Made by a program: the position numbers and the translations under genes. Source: Octopus vulgaris (taxonomy: Eukaryota). Taken from it: 64,000 nt of DNA. The stretch is taken from positions 57,598,001-57,662,000 of the forward strand of contig OX597819.1 of NCBI GenBank assembly GCA_951406725.2. The letters are read 5' to 3'. A model generated the notes under the pieces. That model saw nothing but the letters and a program-made list of their open reading frames with translations, was not told the origin of the DNA and searched no databases. Positions 1-12,647 of the stretch are shown in pieces; the stretch's first letter is position 1; each line of letters begins with the position of its first letter.

Positions 1-400
1 ATCTTAATACACACATATACAAACACGTGCACATATACACACATACGTATATACATACATACGCACATACATATATATATACACACATATATATATCCAT
101 ATACACATACTTATATATCCATACATATGTACCCCTCTCATACACACACATATATATACATACAAATACACATACATACACATATAGATATATAGATATA
201 CCCCTATATATACATATATATATATATATACCTACAAACGCATATATATATATACATATATATACACATATACATACATACATGCATACCCCTATATATA
301 TATATATATACACACACATACACATGCATACATATATCTATCACCATGTATAAATATTCATACATTCACGTCCATCGATTCATGTATATACACACACACA
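1..400. repeat. Degenerate (TA)/(CA)/(TACA) microsatellite
   Basis: Direct reading. Similar tracts at ~2760-2910, 22145-22480, 22920-23200, 37157-37463, 43145-43420, 43680-43884 and 50735-51170. Confidence 0.95.
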
Positions 401-865
401 TTACATCTTCTAAGTGTATATCTTGTTTTGGGGGATATAATAGTTTTAATTTAATGATTTAATATTTAATATTTAATAAATATTTAATAATTCAATGTAA
501 TTTAAATGCAAAGATAAAAGATAAAGGATAAAAAATTAGAAAATAAAATAAAGTAAGAAAAAGCACAAAGAAACAATTATAACAATCGCAATAATACTAG
601 TGATCATGATATTGTTATAATATTATAATATAAAATTGATTGTAAAATATATATTGGTTGGAGAGATTTCAAGATTATCCACTTATGTAATTTATACTCT
701 TATTTTGATTGTTAGAGAATGTATTAAGTTAAAAGATTCTTGGTAGTTATTTACCCTTTATTACTAGTTTAATATTACTAAAGATATTAATGATGTTATT
801 AGTATTTGTTGGTAGTGATATAGTAAATTCTAGAGACAATGGTTTGATTATTTATCTAAAAAAAA

Positions 866-1190
866 GGGTAAAGACCCCCTTCGGTCATGAATGACCATGG
901 GATTGCACCTAGAAAGTTACCCTCCTAGACACAAGTCCGGGCAAGGTTGTTTATGGAAGACCAGCAGTCGCCCATGCATACCAGCCTCCCTCTCCACGCC
1001 ACCAGTGTTATCCAAGGGAAAGACAAAGGTCGATACAGCTTGGCACCAGTGACGTCGCAACTCATTTCTACAACTGAGTGAACTGGAGCAACGTGAAATA
1101 AAGTGCCTTGCTCAAGAACACAACACGCAGCCCGGTCCGGGATTCGAGCTCACAACCTCACGATCGTAAGCTCGACGCTCTAACCACTGA
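866..1190 (-). mobile_element. tRNA-derived CORE-like SINE (family 1)
   Basis: Minus strand has A box TCAGTGGTTAGAGC, B-box-like GAGCTCGAATCCC, then CORE-like TGTGTTCTTGAGCAAGGCACTTTATTTCACGTTGCTCCAGTTCACTCAG. Other copies at 21897-22137 and ~42715-42990. Confidence 0.75.
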
Positions 1191-1408
1191 TCCGTTCTAT
1201 ATAAATAGGTAAAAGTAAGTATAAATTTTCTAAATTGAATGGTATGTGTATACTATCTGTGGTTAGAATTTATTAAGGTGAGGGTAAACTTAGCAAGTAG
1301 TTGGGGGTAAGACTAGGAGTAGTTAATCCAATGCCTGAGTAGTGGCAGGATGGAGTAGATTATGGAAATTCCAATGTGAGATGATCATGAAGGGATTAAA
1401 ATGGAGAT

Positions 1409-1840
1409 TTAAGGATTATAATATTTAAAGGTTTTAGTTAATTCATGCATGCAAGTTGGTTTGAATTCAGATCTTTTATTAACTAGTTTGTCTTTATCCG
1501 GGAATCTAATGATTTTTGGTAGTTCTAAGGAGCATAGTTGGCAACCAGCTCTATTATTTTTATAAGTCGCTGCCGATCCAACTATGGACCATCTAAGGTT
1601 AAATTTTATATTTTTGTCCTTAAGTTCCCAAATCCTACTTGATAAAGATGTACTGTTAGCCTTATTTTTGAGTCTAAAGGACGACCGGTGGTTATAGAAC
1701 CTAGATTTCCAGGCGGATGAGCACCCAATGTAAATAAGAGTATTTAATTCAGTAATTATTTCACAGGAGTAAACTGGGTTTTTTTTTGCCAGGAAATTTC
1801 CACGTAAGGGACACGCTGCTGCAGTCACACAATTACAGCC
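1409..1840 (-). pseudogene. Penelope-like element GIY-YIG endonuclease relic
   Basis: CNC-x5-CPLRGN...VY...YIG...RFYNHRSSF...STSLSSRIWELK...CQLC; same family as 51898-52545. No RT recognisable upstream, only Asn-rich low-complexity sequence. Confidence 0.8.
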
Positions 1841-2453
1841 GTATTACAATTTTCAAGCCGTCCGTTATTTGTCCTTGGATGGATAATTTCGATATGGTTG
1901 TTATCATGGCTACTACTATGGTAGATCGAGACTATGCCTACATTATCGCTATTATTATTGTTATTATCTTTATTAGTGCTATTCAAGTTTTTCCTACCTA
2001 TAATTCTTCCACCGCTAGTACTGATGTTAGACCTATTATCCACATCCCCATTATTGCTAGTTATATTGGTATTGTGATTAATTTTCGCAATTATTGTTTG
2101 ATGTGGACTGAGTTATTCCATTATTAGTAGTAGTATTATCTTCATTTGACGTGGCAGTATTATATGTTATGCCATTAAACCTTGTTGGGTCTGGGTTTAT
2201 CAGTTCATCTGTTACACTGTGATTCGATATATAAGTATTGTTATTAGGTCTAATATTATCTTCATCCTTATAATGAGTGCTATTACTAGCGTTCTTATCA
2301 TTGCTATCGCTGTCCTGAATATTGTTATAGTAATTAGTATAGCTATTGTTGTTATCAGTGCTAAAGTCGTTGTTTAGGGAACTACTATCAGTTATCTCCA
2401 AGCTATCAGCCTGGCAGTTAGACACCATAGCTGTAGGGATAATAACTTGGTTA

Positions 2454-2750
<297 letters not shown>

Positions 2751-2759
2751 TATATATTT

Positions 2760-2807
<48 letters not shown>

Positions 2808-2833
2808 CATACATATGTATATACATATATAAT

Positions 2834-2890
<57 letters not shown>

Positions 2891-3080
2891 GTATATACAT
2901 ATGCATATACATGAAGTATATTTGCCACTTAAATGTGGCTAACCCCTAAGGGTGGATGCTACTGTAGCTTGTAGCCCCAGTAGGACACCCCCTCCAGTTG
3001 GCTATTGACACACTTTCTGTGTCCTATTATCAGTATTTGCAAAGAGAAGTCATCCTTCCCGTCTTCAACCTGACGTGATA

Positions 3081-3125
3081 CACACGGACCCGGGTTTCTG
3101 GGTATTGACCCGTCATCAGCGTGTG
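3081..3125 (-). ncRNA. Minimal type-I hammerhead ribozyme motif
   Basis: Minus strand: CACACG-CUGAUGA-cGGG ucaaua CCCa-GAAA-CCCGGG-UC-CGUGUG. 6-bp stem I, canonical core, palindromic stem III. Confidence 0.85.
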
Positions 3126-3164
3126 ACAATCACCGGTTGTCGATGAAAAGTAGGCCTTCCTTTG

Positions 3165-3232
<68 letters not shown>

Positions 3233-3274
3233 CTATCTATCTATCTATGTATGTGTGTGTGTGCATATGTTTGT

Positions 3275-3485
3275 ATGTCTGTGCTTGTCTCCCCAACATC
3301 GCTTGACAACCGATGCTGGTGTGTTTACGTCCCCGTAACTTAGCGATTTGGCAAACAGAGACCGATAGAATAAGTACTAGGCTTACAAAGAATAAGTCCT
3401 GGGGTCGATTTTCTCGACTAAAAAAAGGCGGTGCTCCAGCATGGCCACAGTCAAATGACTGAAACCAGTAAAAGAGTAAAAGAGT
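3275..3485 (+). mobile_element. 3' half of CORE-like SINE family 2
   Basis: Reverse complement of 28535-28730; ends in a (AAAAGAGT)n tail. Confidence 0.7.
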
Positions 3486-3506
3486 GTGTGTGAGTGTGTC
3501 TCTGTA

Positions 3507-3815
3507 TGTTGTTGTTTGTTCCTTCTCGAGCCAAGACTGGCTCATAAGGGCCGGTTTCCCGGTTTCTTGGCGTATAGGTTCCCCACCTGGACGGGACGCC
3601 GGTCCGTCGCAGGTGTGCTGCAAGATGTAGGAGGAAAGAGTGAGAGAAAGTTGTGGCGAAAGCATCAGCAGAAATTTCGCCATTACCTTCTGTCGGAGCT
3701 GCGTGGAGCTTAGATGTTTCGCTCATAAACACACACCTCGCCAGGTCTGAGATTCGAACCCACGATCCCTCGACTGTGAGTCCGCTGCTCTAACCACTAG
3801 GCCATGTGCCTCCAC
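3507..3815 (-). mobile_element. tRNA-derived SINE (family 3)
   Basis: A box TGGCCTAGTGGTTAG, B box GGTTCGAATCTC, (CAA)n tail; related partial copy at ~13190-13385. Confidence 0.7.
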
Positions 3816-3852
3816 AGTCTGTGTATGCGCTTGTGTGCATGTGTGTACATAC

Positions 3853-4001
3853 CTTAACGATCGGAAGATTTATCCATGAGTCAAGGATCATATTCCGGTA
3901 GATACTTCTGCCTGCAGCGTATGGTGGTATTTTGTAAAAGCTATTATAAATGGGCGCTTCCGTAGGGATGCTTACTCTATAAACCATCAACGTTGTATCA
4001 G
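3853..4001 (-). CDS. Internal coding exon of host gene: (A)DTTLMVYRVSIPTEAPIYNSFYKIPPYAAGRSIYRNMILDSWINLPIVK
   Basis: Acceptor cttttatatttcag, donor AAG|gtatgt, 149 nt open, phase 1 to phase 0. Its phase-1 start joins in frame to the phase-1 donor at 12308; sequence is non-repetitive. Confidence 0.7.
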
Positions 4002-4029
4002 CTGAAATATAAAAGATATTAGTTTCAAA

Positions 4030-4925
4030 TTTTGAAATTTTGGCCAGTAATTTCGTGGGAAGGGTTTAAGTCGATTACATCGACCCCAATATTCAACTGG
4101 TACTTATTTTACCGACCCCGAAAGGACGAAAGGAAATGTCGACTTCGGCGGAATTTGAACTCAGAACGTAAAGAGACGGACGAAATGCCGCCAAGCATTT
4201 TGCGAATTCTGTGCCTTATGAGATATAGGAAATATTAATGATGATAATATAATTATTAAAAATATAATTATAATTCGGCACAAGGTCAAGAGTTTTGAGG
4301 AAAAGAGTTTAGCCGTTACAATAGATCCCAATACTTCACTTGTACCTTACTTTATCGTACCCAGAGGGACGAAAGGCAAAGTGAACAACGATGGGATTTG
4401 GACTTAGGTCGTAAAGAACAGAGACAACTAACTCAAGGAATTATCAGACATCCTATCGATTCTGCCAGCTCACCACCTGAATAATTTCGGCCCAAGACCA
4501 GCGATTTCCAGGAAGGGGTAATTCGATTAAATCGAACCCAGTTATCAGCTGGTGTTTATTTCATTGAACCAGAAAGGATAAAAGTCAAAGTCAGCTTCGT
4601 CGGTGTTTGAATTCACAACATAAAGACGGAGGGAAAGCTTCTAAGCATTTTGTTCAGCATGCTAACGACTCTGCCACCACGCCGCCTTAATAGTAATAAT
4701 GATAATAATAATAATCCTTTCTACTAAAGGCACAAGGGCTGAAATTTGCAGGTAGGGGACTAGTCGATTACATCGACTTCGGAACTCAGCTGGTACTTAA
4801 TTTATCGACCTGAAAAGGATGAAAAGCAAAGTCGATATCGGTGGCGTTTGAACTCAGAACATGGACGGGAAAAATGCCGCTAAGCATTTTTCCCGGATCG
4901 CTAACGATTCTGCCAGCTTACCATC
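4030..4925 (-). mobile_element. Cluster of ~4 diverged Meta/MESC-type tRNA SINE copies
   Basis: Repeated GAGTTCAAATTCCGCCGAGGTCGACTTTGCCTTTCATCCTTTCGGGGTCGATAAATTAAGTACCAG-like block on the minus strand. Confidence 0.7.
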
Positions 4926-4930
4926 TGAAA

Positions 4931-5001
<71 letters not shown>

Positions 5002-5006
<5 letters not shown>

Positions 5007-5219
5007 GCCCTGATGCTGTACCAGGCAGTGGCTTTCGTGGCTTCTGATCTGCAAGGTCATGTGCTATTTATCTTGATATGAGATCACCATGTCACGCACA
5101 TATGGTTGTGATACATGTTCCTAGTGTACCCTTATCAGACGGGTAGTCATGATGGGTATACTGGGCTTCGTATATTTTACCCCAGTGTCACTTTGATGGC
5201 ATGCAGTGCTCTCTCACTC

Positions 5220-5220
<1 letters not shown>
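5002..5220 (+). mobile_element. Internally deleted copy of ~600-bp (AAT)n-associated non-coding element
   Basis: 5' and 3' ends match 40970-41575 with ~340 bp of the interior missing; (AAT)n on both sides. Confidence 0.75.
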
Positions 5221-5286
<66 letters not shown>

Positions 5287-5319
5287 GTAGTAATAATAAT
5301 AATAATAATAATAATAATC

Positions 5320-5379
<60 letters not shown>

Positions 5380-5430
5380 GTAGTAATAATAATAATAATA
5401 ATAATAATAATCATAATAATCATAATAATG

Positions 5431-5504
<74 letters not shown>

Positions 5505-6513
5505 AAGAAGAAGAAGAAGAAGAAGAAGAAGAAGAACAACAACAACAACAACAACAACAAGGCAGCTGGACGTAATAGAAGCTGGACGCGTTTTTTCGCT
5601 GCGTGACAACTGAAAAAACATCTGTAAAAAAACTGGAAGATCTACTGTTTTCTGTGAGTAATTTGAATTTCCCTCAAAATAAGTTAAGGAACTTACATAT
5701 CTACAGCTTTGGACATACAAAAGGAACACCAAACAAAAAATTTTGAATCATAAATATCTCCAATTTTGTGTGAACATTTTGTCGTCCCTTCTCTGCATTT
5801 TATTGTAACAACACAATTAAATGCACGATAAAAAACTATGGAAGTAAGCACCTGCTAATATATATATATACTGCACAACTACAAAAACTGTAAACCACAG
5901 CATAACTTTTAAAAAGAAAAGAAAAATTTCAAAAGAAAAAGAAATTCAGAAATTCAAAATCCCAACAAGGTGAACCCGCTCTTCCTCCTACTGGAATATT
6001 TACAACTCCCTATAAATATTTTAAATCCCCCGCAGAATAAAATAAGTTAGGAAACTTACATACCTACAGCTATCGAACACACACACGGTCAGCTTAAAAT
6101 ACAAAAAAAAAAAAGAAATCTTTAATATCTACAACTAATGTGCGACAACGTATCCTTTCATCTCCCCATGAGTATTCGAAAATGTAAATACCATCATCCT
6201 CCTTTCTATTCTAAGAACACTATCATTTCTCTCTGTGCATATCTAGTAAATCTTAGAACTTTACTAACCACAACTTGTTTTCTTTTCTGAGCATTCGAAA
6301 ATGTAAACATTCTTCCCATTGCAAGAATCTTATTGTATTTTCCAAATGGACATCTCAAGAATACTTAAAAACTTTAATATATTACCCAAATACGTAAACA
6401 CGTAAACTTTTATTGCAACAACACAATTGAATTCAGAAATTTAAAAAATCATCGACGTGAATATCAGAAAATATGCGTGTGTGAATATACATATACATAT
6501 ACATATGTGTATG

Positions 6514-6554
<41 letters not shown>

Positions 6555-6748
6555 TTTTTCTCCTCCTACCATTAATTACTAATATAACAAGCTGAATTGC
6601 TTTTCAAGATAACGCTAGTACTAGTAAACAGGTTTGACCTTTCCTGACCCGAAATGTCCTTTGTCTCTGGCTGACCATTCCACAATCTGCTGGATCTATT
6701 TATAGACCTATAGAACATAACCTCTTTACTGTGGCGAGGGTGATAATG

Positions 6749-6827
<79 letters not shown>

Positions 6828-7143
6828 GCTACTGCTGTGACTACACATAAAACAATATCATTGATGATGATGATGACGGTGATGATATTGGTGATGATAA
6901 TTTTTTTTTCGTATTTTATTCTCATTTTTTCGAACTAATACAGGCAGAGTGAACCTTTCATAAGTTTTCTTTTTAAAAAAAAGGGAAAATTATGCTCGGA
7001 GATAAATCTATCAACAAAAAAATACAGACGAATACAGATCTGCTAGCCTTAATAAGCTGCGCTACGAACAATGTTTACGTGCAGAGATTCCTAAACTGAC
7101 AGATCAGTTTCTTAATGTAAGAGTCGAAGCTCGTCATGCTTCA

Positions 7144-10100
7144 ATGTCAACAAAACAAACTACAAACCGCGATGGTCGTCGAGCGGATTACAAAAGACCA
7201 CGCACCCGAAAATTGAACCAAAGTCTGAGTGAAAAATCAGCTACTGGATCAAATCTTCCCGACACACAGGAGCTGGACGTACCCCACAACTGGAATATTC
7301 CAACAGATGGCCATCCATGCTCGTCACCAAACACTCAAAAGAAAAAGAAGGAAAAACGGACTAGGGAAGATAATAAAGAAGTTCTTGCGGCCTTCTACCA
7401 TGCCATATATTTCCCCACAGATAAATCGAACACTATACAAACCTACATAAACTGGAGACAGAAACACCCTGAAGCAAGACCTTACATAGACAGTAACAAA
7501 CTTGCCAACGTCAGAAGAAACATTATAAAAAAAATTACTGACTGAAGTAGAGATTGACCAAATTAGACAAGCAGTAACGGATAGAATGAACGAAGCTGCA
7601 GCTAAAGAAGATAATACAGAGGAAATAATTATAGACCAGCCCAGAGCTGATAAAAACGAAGTTAGGATTGAAAGAGTTAGTATAAGTGATAGGCAAAGTG
7701 AAATACTCCCAGAACCAAACATAAACACTAAGACAGATGAACATCAAATAGATGAAGAAAGCCACACAAATATTGACCCGACAGAACTACATGAGCTACA
7801 AAGTCAAATCATGATTGAATGGCTGAAAATTAAAGAAACCAGTATGGATGAACGTGATACACTCCCTAAAATCCACAACTCTAAACAAAACATGAAAATA
7901 ATTGGTAAAATCCGGCTTGCACTTAAGGATATAGTTTCAGCTAATGATGTTGATATCACAGATCTCAACCACCTATACTATGCATCCGCGAAAATCTCAA
8001 CGATCCTATGTGGTGTAAAGATTAGAAAACGACAACATTTCCACAAAAAGCCTTCTTGGCAAGAGCGTTTGCAACAACAAATTAAAATATTTAGATCTGA
8101 CATTGAATATTTGAAAAATCTTAAGGTTCATATGACTACCAAACCTACAAAAACCCAAAAACTAATGAAAAAATATAATATGAAAACTATACTTGATATT
8201 GATGCCACCATAGAAACCATCAAGCAAAAGGTATCTGCTAAAGCTGCCCGCATAGCGAGGTATGAAAAGCGTGTTAGATTCTTCAGGGACAACAACATGT
8301 TCAAAAATAACCCCAAAAATTTTTACAGGAAGATAGGAAAAACACCAGTTACTGTAAAGTCTGTACCATCAAAAGAAGAAGTGCAGGGATTTTGGAATAA
8401 AATTTGGGCAGAAGAAAAAACACACAGCGAAAAGGCCCCCTGGATTGATAGAATATCTAAAGAACTGGACTCCTTAGAAGAGCAAAAGTGGGGGGGGTGT
8501 CAAGGTAGAAGATATAAGATCTGCTCTCAGGAGATCAAGCAAATGGAAGTCTCCAGGAAAGGATAAAATCCCTAACTTCTGGTAGAATGCCTTCCCAGAG
8601 AGCCATGAACTGCTAACAGAACTTTACAATGATGTTTTGCAACACCCTCCTTGGCTAGTTAATGGGTTAACATTCCTGCTTCCAAAAAGTGAAGAAACAA
8701 ATGAACCAAAAAACTATAGACCCATAACCTGCTTAACAACTATGTACAAAACACTAACATCTGTCCTGACGGAATATACTTATAGTTTTTTGACGGACAG
8801 AAAGGATGTAAACGTGGATCCTACGGTTGTAAAGATCAACTACTCATCAATAAGATGATCTCAGAAGATTGTCACAAACGACACAAAACTTATCAATAGC
8901 CTGGATAGACTATAAAAAGGCTTTTGATAGCCTACCACATAGCTGGATTAAGAAATGCCTAGAAATGTATAAGATAGCACCTACTCTGCGAAACTTTTTA
9001 TCTGTAAGTATGAGATCATGGAGAACCACACTAACTTTGAATAGTGACAATGAATTTCTAAATGCTGGTGATGTAAAAATTTAATGTGGCATTTTCCAGG
9101 GTGAATCACTATCACCACTCCTCTTCTGTTTAACCTTAATACCTCTCTCAAAACTGCTGAATGACGCGCAGTACGGATATAAAATGTTTGATAAAGATAT
9201 AAATCATCTCATTTACATGGATGATTTAAAGCTCTTTGCAAAAAATGACCAACAACTCAAGGACTTACTAGCGATTGTCAAACAATTCAGTGATGACACC
9301 AGAATGCAATTTGGCCTCGATAAATGTGCAAAAGCTACCTTTATCAAAGGAAAAATGACAGAAACATCTAACGTCAACCTTGACCAGCAGAATGTCTTAA
9401 AAGAATTAGACCCAGCGAAGAACTACAAGTATCTAGGGGTAATTGAAGGAAACGGCATAAGGCATTCAGAGATGAAGGAAAGGATCAGGAGGGAATGTTA
9501 TCGCAGAGTAAAAGCAATACTGAAGACAGAGCTGAATGCGAGAAAGAGGATCGAAGCGATCAATGCATTAGCCATGCCAGTCGTGACTTACAGTTTCAAT
9601 ATCGTTAACTGGTCAATTACTGAAATATGTAATCTTAACAGAAAAATATGAAAACTGTTGACAATGCATAGAATGCACCACCCTAAGGCAAATACAGAAC
9701 GACTTTATCTGCCAAGAAACGAGGGAGGCCGTGGACTTTTACAACTGGCAATAACAATGAAGATTGCTACAATTGGCCTAGACACCTACCTGAAGATCTC
9801 TGAGGACTGGATGTTAAAACTTGTCTCAAAACATGAAAACAAGAAAGCATCATGCTCAGTAACAAAACAGGCAAAGGAATATCTAAATGAATTCCGAATA
9901 CTACAAATTTCGGAATTAGAAATAGACATACAAGAAACAGGCACAGAAAAAGCTAAGCGCATGAAAACCCGTGCTAAATCTGCGGCCTTAGATATTCTGA
10001 ATGATAAATGGCAAGAAAAACCTCTCTATGGCAAATACCCAAAGAGAGCGAATAATGCAGATGCTGACAAAGCCCTGACCTATCAATGGCTAATGGCCTC

Positions 10101-10933
10101 TGGCTTAAAATCTGAAACAGGGGTTTATCATAGCAGCTCAAGATCAATGCCTACCAACAAGAAACTACCAGGCCAACATATTAAAGATCGGCAGTAGCCC
10201 AACATGTCGTGTATGTCAGCAACAAAATGAAACCATTGATCATGTGGTCTCCAAGTGCAGTCTTCTAGCGCCTACAGAGTTTCTCAACAGGTATGATAGA
10301 GCTGCACAATATATTCACTGGGTAATCTGCAAAAACCTGGATTTGCCCCATGAAAAAAACTGGTGGGAACACAAACCACCCCAGTGCTTGAAAATGACCA
10401 CATCTCACTCCTCTGGAGCTTCACCATTCAAACTGACAGAAAGATAGATGCAAATAGGCCAGACATCATATTGAAAGACTTCAAACAAAGACCATGCCTC
10501 CTCATTGATATGACTGTCCCAATCGATATAAAGACTGAGCAAATATAAAGATCTTGAAATAGAAATCAGCAAAATGTGGAACCTAAAGACTAAAACAATA
10601 CCTGTTGTCGTAGGTGCCCTGGGAATGATAGCAAAAGGGGCTGATTGCTACCTAACTCAGATACCAGGAAACCCAAAAATGGCAGAAATTCAAAAGATAG
10701 TGCTCATGGGAACTGCTCATATCCTGCGCAAAATACTTTCTATGTAATCTCAAGGTTTAAAACAAACATTTTTTTTAAACATCCACTAACACAACACAAA
10801 AAACAACCAAATATATGGCACACTAGGCATAACAACAACGTGAACTTCCAACCTGTTGTCTCTTGAGGTCTCTGGGTGAGATTGGAGCCAACTTGTACAG
10901 ACATAATATACAAATATGAAGCAAAAGTCAAAC

Positions 10934-10935
<2 letters not shown>
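7144..10935 (+). mobile_element. Near full-length R4/Dong-like non-LTR retrotransposon (family A), frameshifted
   Basis: RT motifs NYRPITCL, WIDYKKAFDS, GIFQG-SLSPL, HLIYMDDLKL, YKYLG; CRVC..ETIDH..C zinc knuckle; RPDII..D restriction-like endonuclease; ends GTAHILRK, 3'UTR, then (AAT)n. Several stops and frameshifts. Confidence 0.9.
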
Positions 10936-11009
<74 letters not shown>

Positions 11010-11121
11010 GATGATGATTAGAATAATAATAATGTACTCTACCATCGAAGACGATGTATGAGCGTTCAGCTTTTACCGAATAACCTGCATAAATGATTTG
11101 TTTCTAATAGTTTTGTTTGTT

Positions 11122-11875
11122 ATTTCTTTACTACCCACGAGCGGCTAAACACAGAGAGGACAAACAAGGACAGACAAACAGCTTAAGTCGATTATATCGA
11201 CCCCAGTGCGTAACTGGTACTTATTTAATCGACCCCGAAAGGATGAAAGGCGAAGTCGACCTCGGCGGAATTTGAACTCAGAACGTAACGGCAGACGAAA
11301 TACCGCTAAGCATTTCGCCAGGCGTGCTAACGTTTCTGCCAGCCCGCCGCCTTTCCAAATGGATTAAGTCGATTACATCGACCCTAGTGCGTAACTGGTA
11401 CTTTATTTATCGACTCCCGAAAGGAGGAAAGGCAAAGTCGACCTCGGCGGAATTTGAACTCAGAACGTAGCGGCAGACGAAATACCTATTTCTTTGCTAC
11501 CCACACAGAGAGGACAAACAAGAACAGACAAACGGATTAAGTCGATTATATCGACCCCAGTGTGTAACTGTTACTTATTTAATCGACCCCGAAAGGATGA
11601 AAGCAAAGTCAATCTCGGCGGAATTTGAACTCAGAACGTAACGGCAGACGAAATACCTATTTTTTGCTACCCACAAGGGCTAAACACAGAGAGGACAAAC
11701 AAGAACAGAAAAACAGATTAAGTCGATTATATCGACCCCTGTCGTAACAGGTACTTAATTAATCGATCGAAAGGATGAAAGGCAAAATCACCTCTGCGGA
11801 ATTTGAACTCAGAACGTAACGGCAGACGAAATACCGCTAGGTATTTCGCCCGGTGTGCTAACGATTCTGACAGCC
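11122..11875 (-). repeat. Tandem array of ~4 Meta/MESC SINE-derived units (~180 bp)
   Basis: Repeating unit acccacaaggggctaaacacagagagg...gaactcagaacgtaacggcagacgaaatacc. Further copies at 13672-13900, 17150-17395 and 24570-24795. Confidence 0.85.
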
Positions 11876-12307
11876 TTTGTGTCGCGTATTAGCTCACTCT
11901 CTCCATCAAATCGACATTGACTGAACAGATGTACGTATGTCACATGTCAGGTATCGAAGGTAGAGCTACTCGAGATGAAGTGTTTTGCTCAAGAACACAA
12001 CACACCACCTGGTGTCGGAAGTGAACATACGATCTCGTGATCGTGAATACAACACCCTTACCATTAGACCAATAGCAATAATAATAATAATAATAATACT
12101 TTCTACTATAGACATGAGGCCTGATATTTAGGGGAGAGGACTAGTCCATTACATCGACTCCTGCACTTAACTGGTACTTAATTGGTCGACTCCGAAAGGA
12201 TGAAATGCAAAGTCCACTTCGGCGAAATTTGAACTCAGAACGTAGCGAAACACTGCTAAGTATTTTGTCCTGCGTGCTAACGATTCTAATAACAGTGGGT
12301 TACTTAC

Positions 12308-12647
12308 CTTTATATAAGCACAGTTCGTGGCTGCCATATTGACCGGACGGTATAACCCCAGTACCTGATGCGTAAGTACTACACAACTGATTTGTCTTGT
12401 TATAAGAAAAGAATAGAACATCAGAAGTGACCATTCTGTTTAAAGCCATCAATGCACATTCTGTTACACTTTTAGCCGAGTAAGAGCGTCGTAATGAACT
12501 CCACGAGCTAAGCTCTACAAAGGTATAACCAGGCCTCAGATAATTGAAGCGGACTGACATCTCTTGGGGGGTAACGATCGCGATATTTACAAGGGTTAAA
12601 AGCAACGCCGTAGTCACAGCTGGGCTGGTAAGAGTAAACTGGAACAT
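12308..12647 (-). CDS. Coding exon of host gene: signal-peptide-like N-terminus plus PAN/apple-like domain
   Basis: MFQFTLTSPAVTTALLLTLVNIAIVTPQ...SAKSVTECALMAL...FFSYNKTNQLCSTY...LCLYK. Donor AAAG|gtaagt at 12308 (phase 1); acceptor ttctctatttcag with exon start at 12664. Confidence 0.7.

Noticed and set aside
6572-6715. Unique-looking segment inside the host intron, considered as an exon
   Set aside because: No phase 1-1 open frame: both candidate acceptors run into stops.
11122-11875. Repeat array considered as CRISPR
   Set aside because: Units are ~180-bp SINE copies without unique spacers; eukaryotic context and no cas genes.
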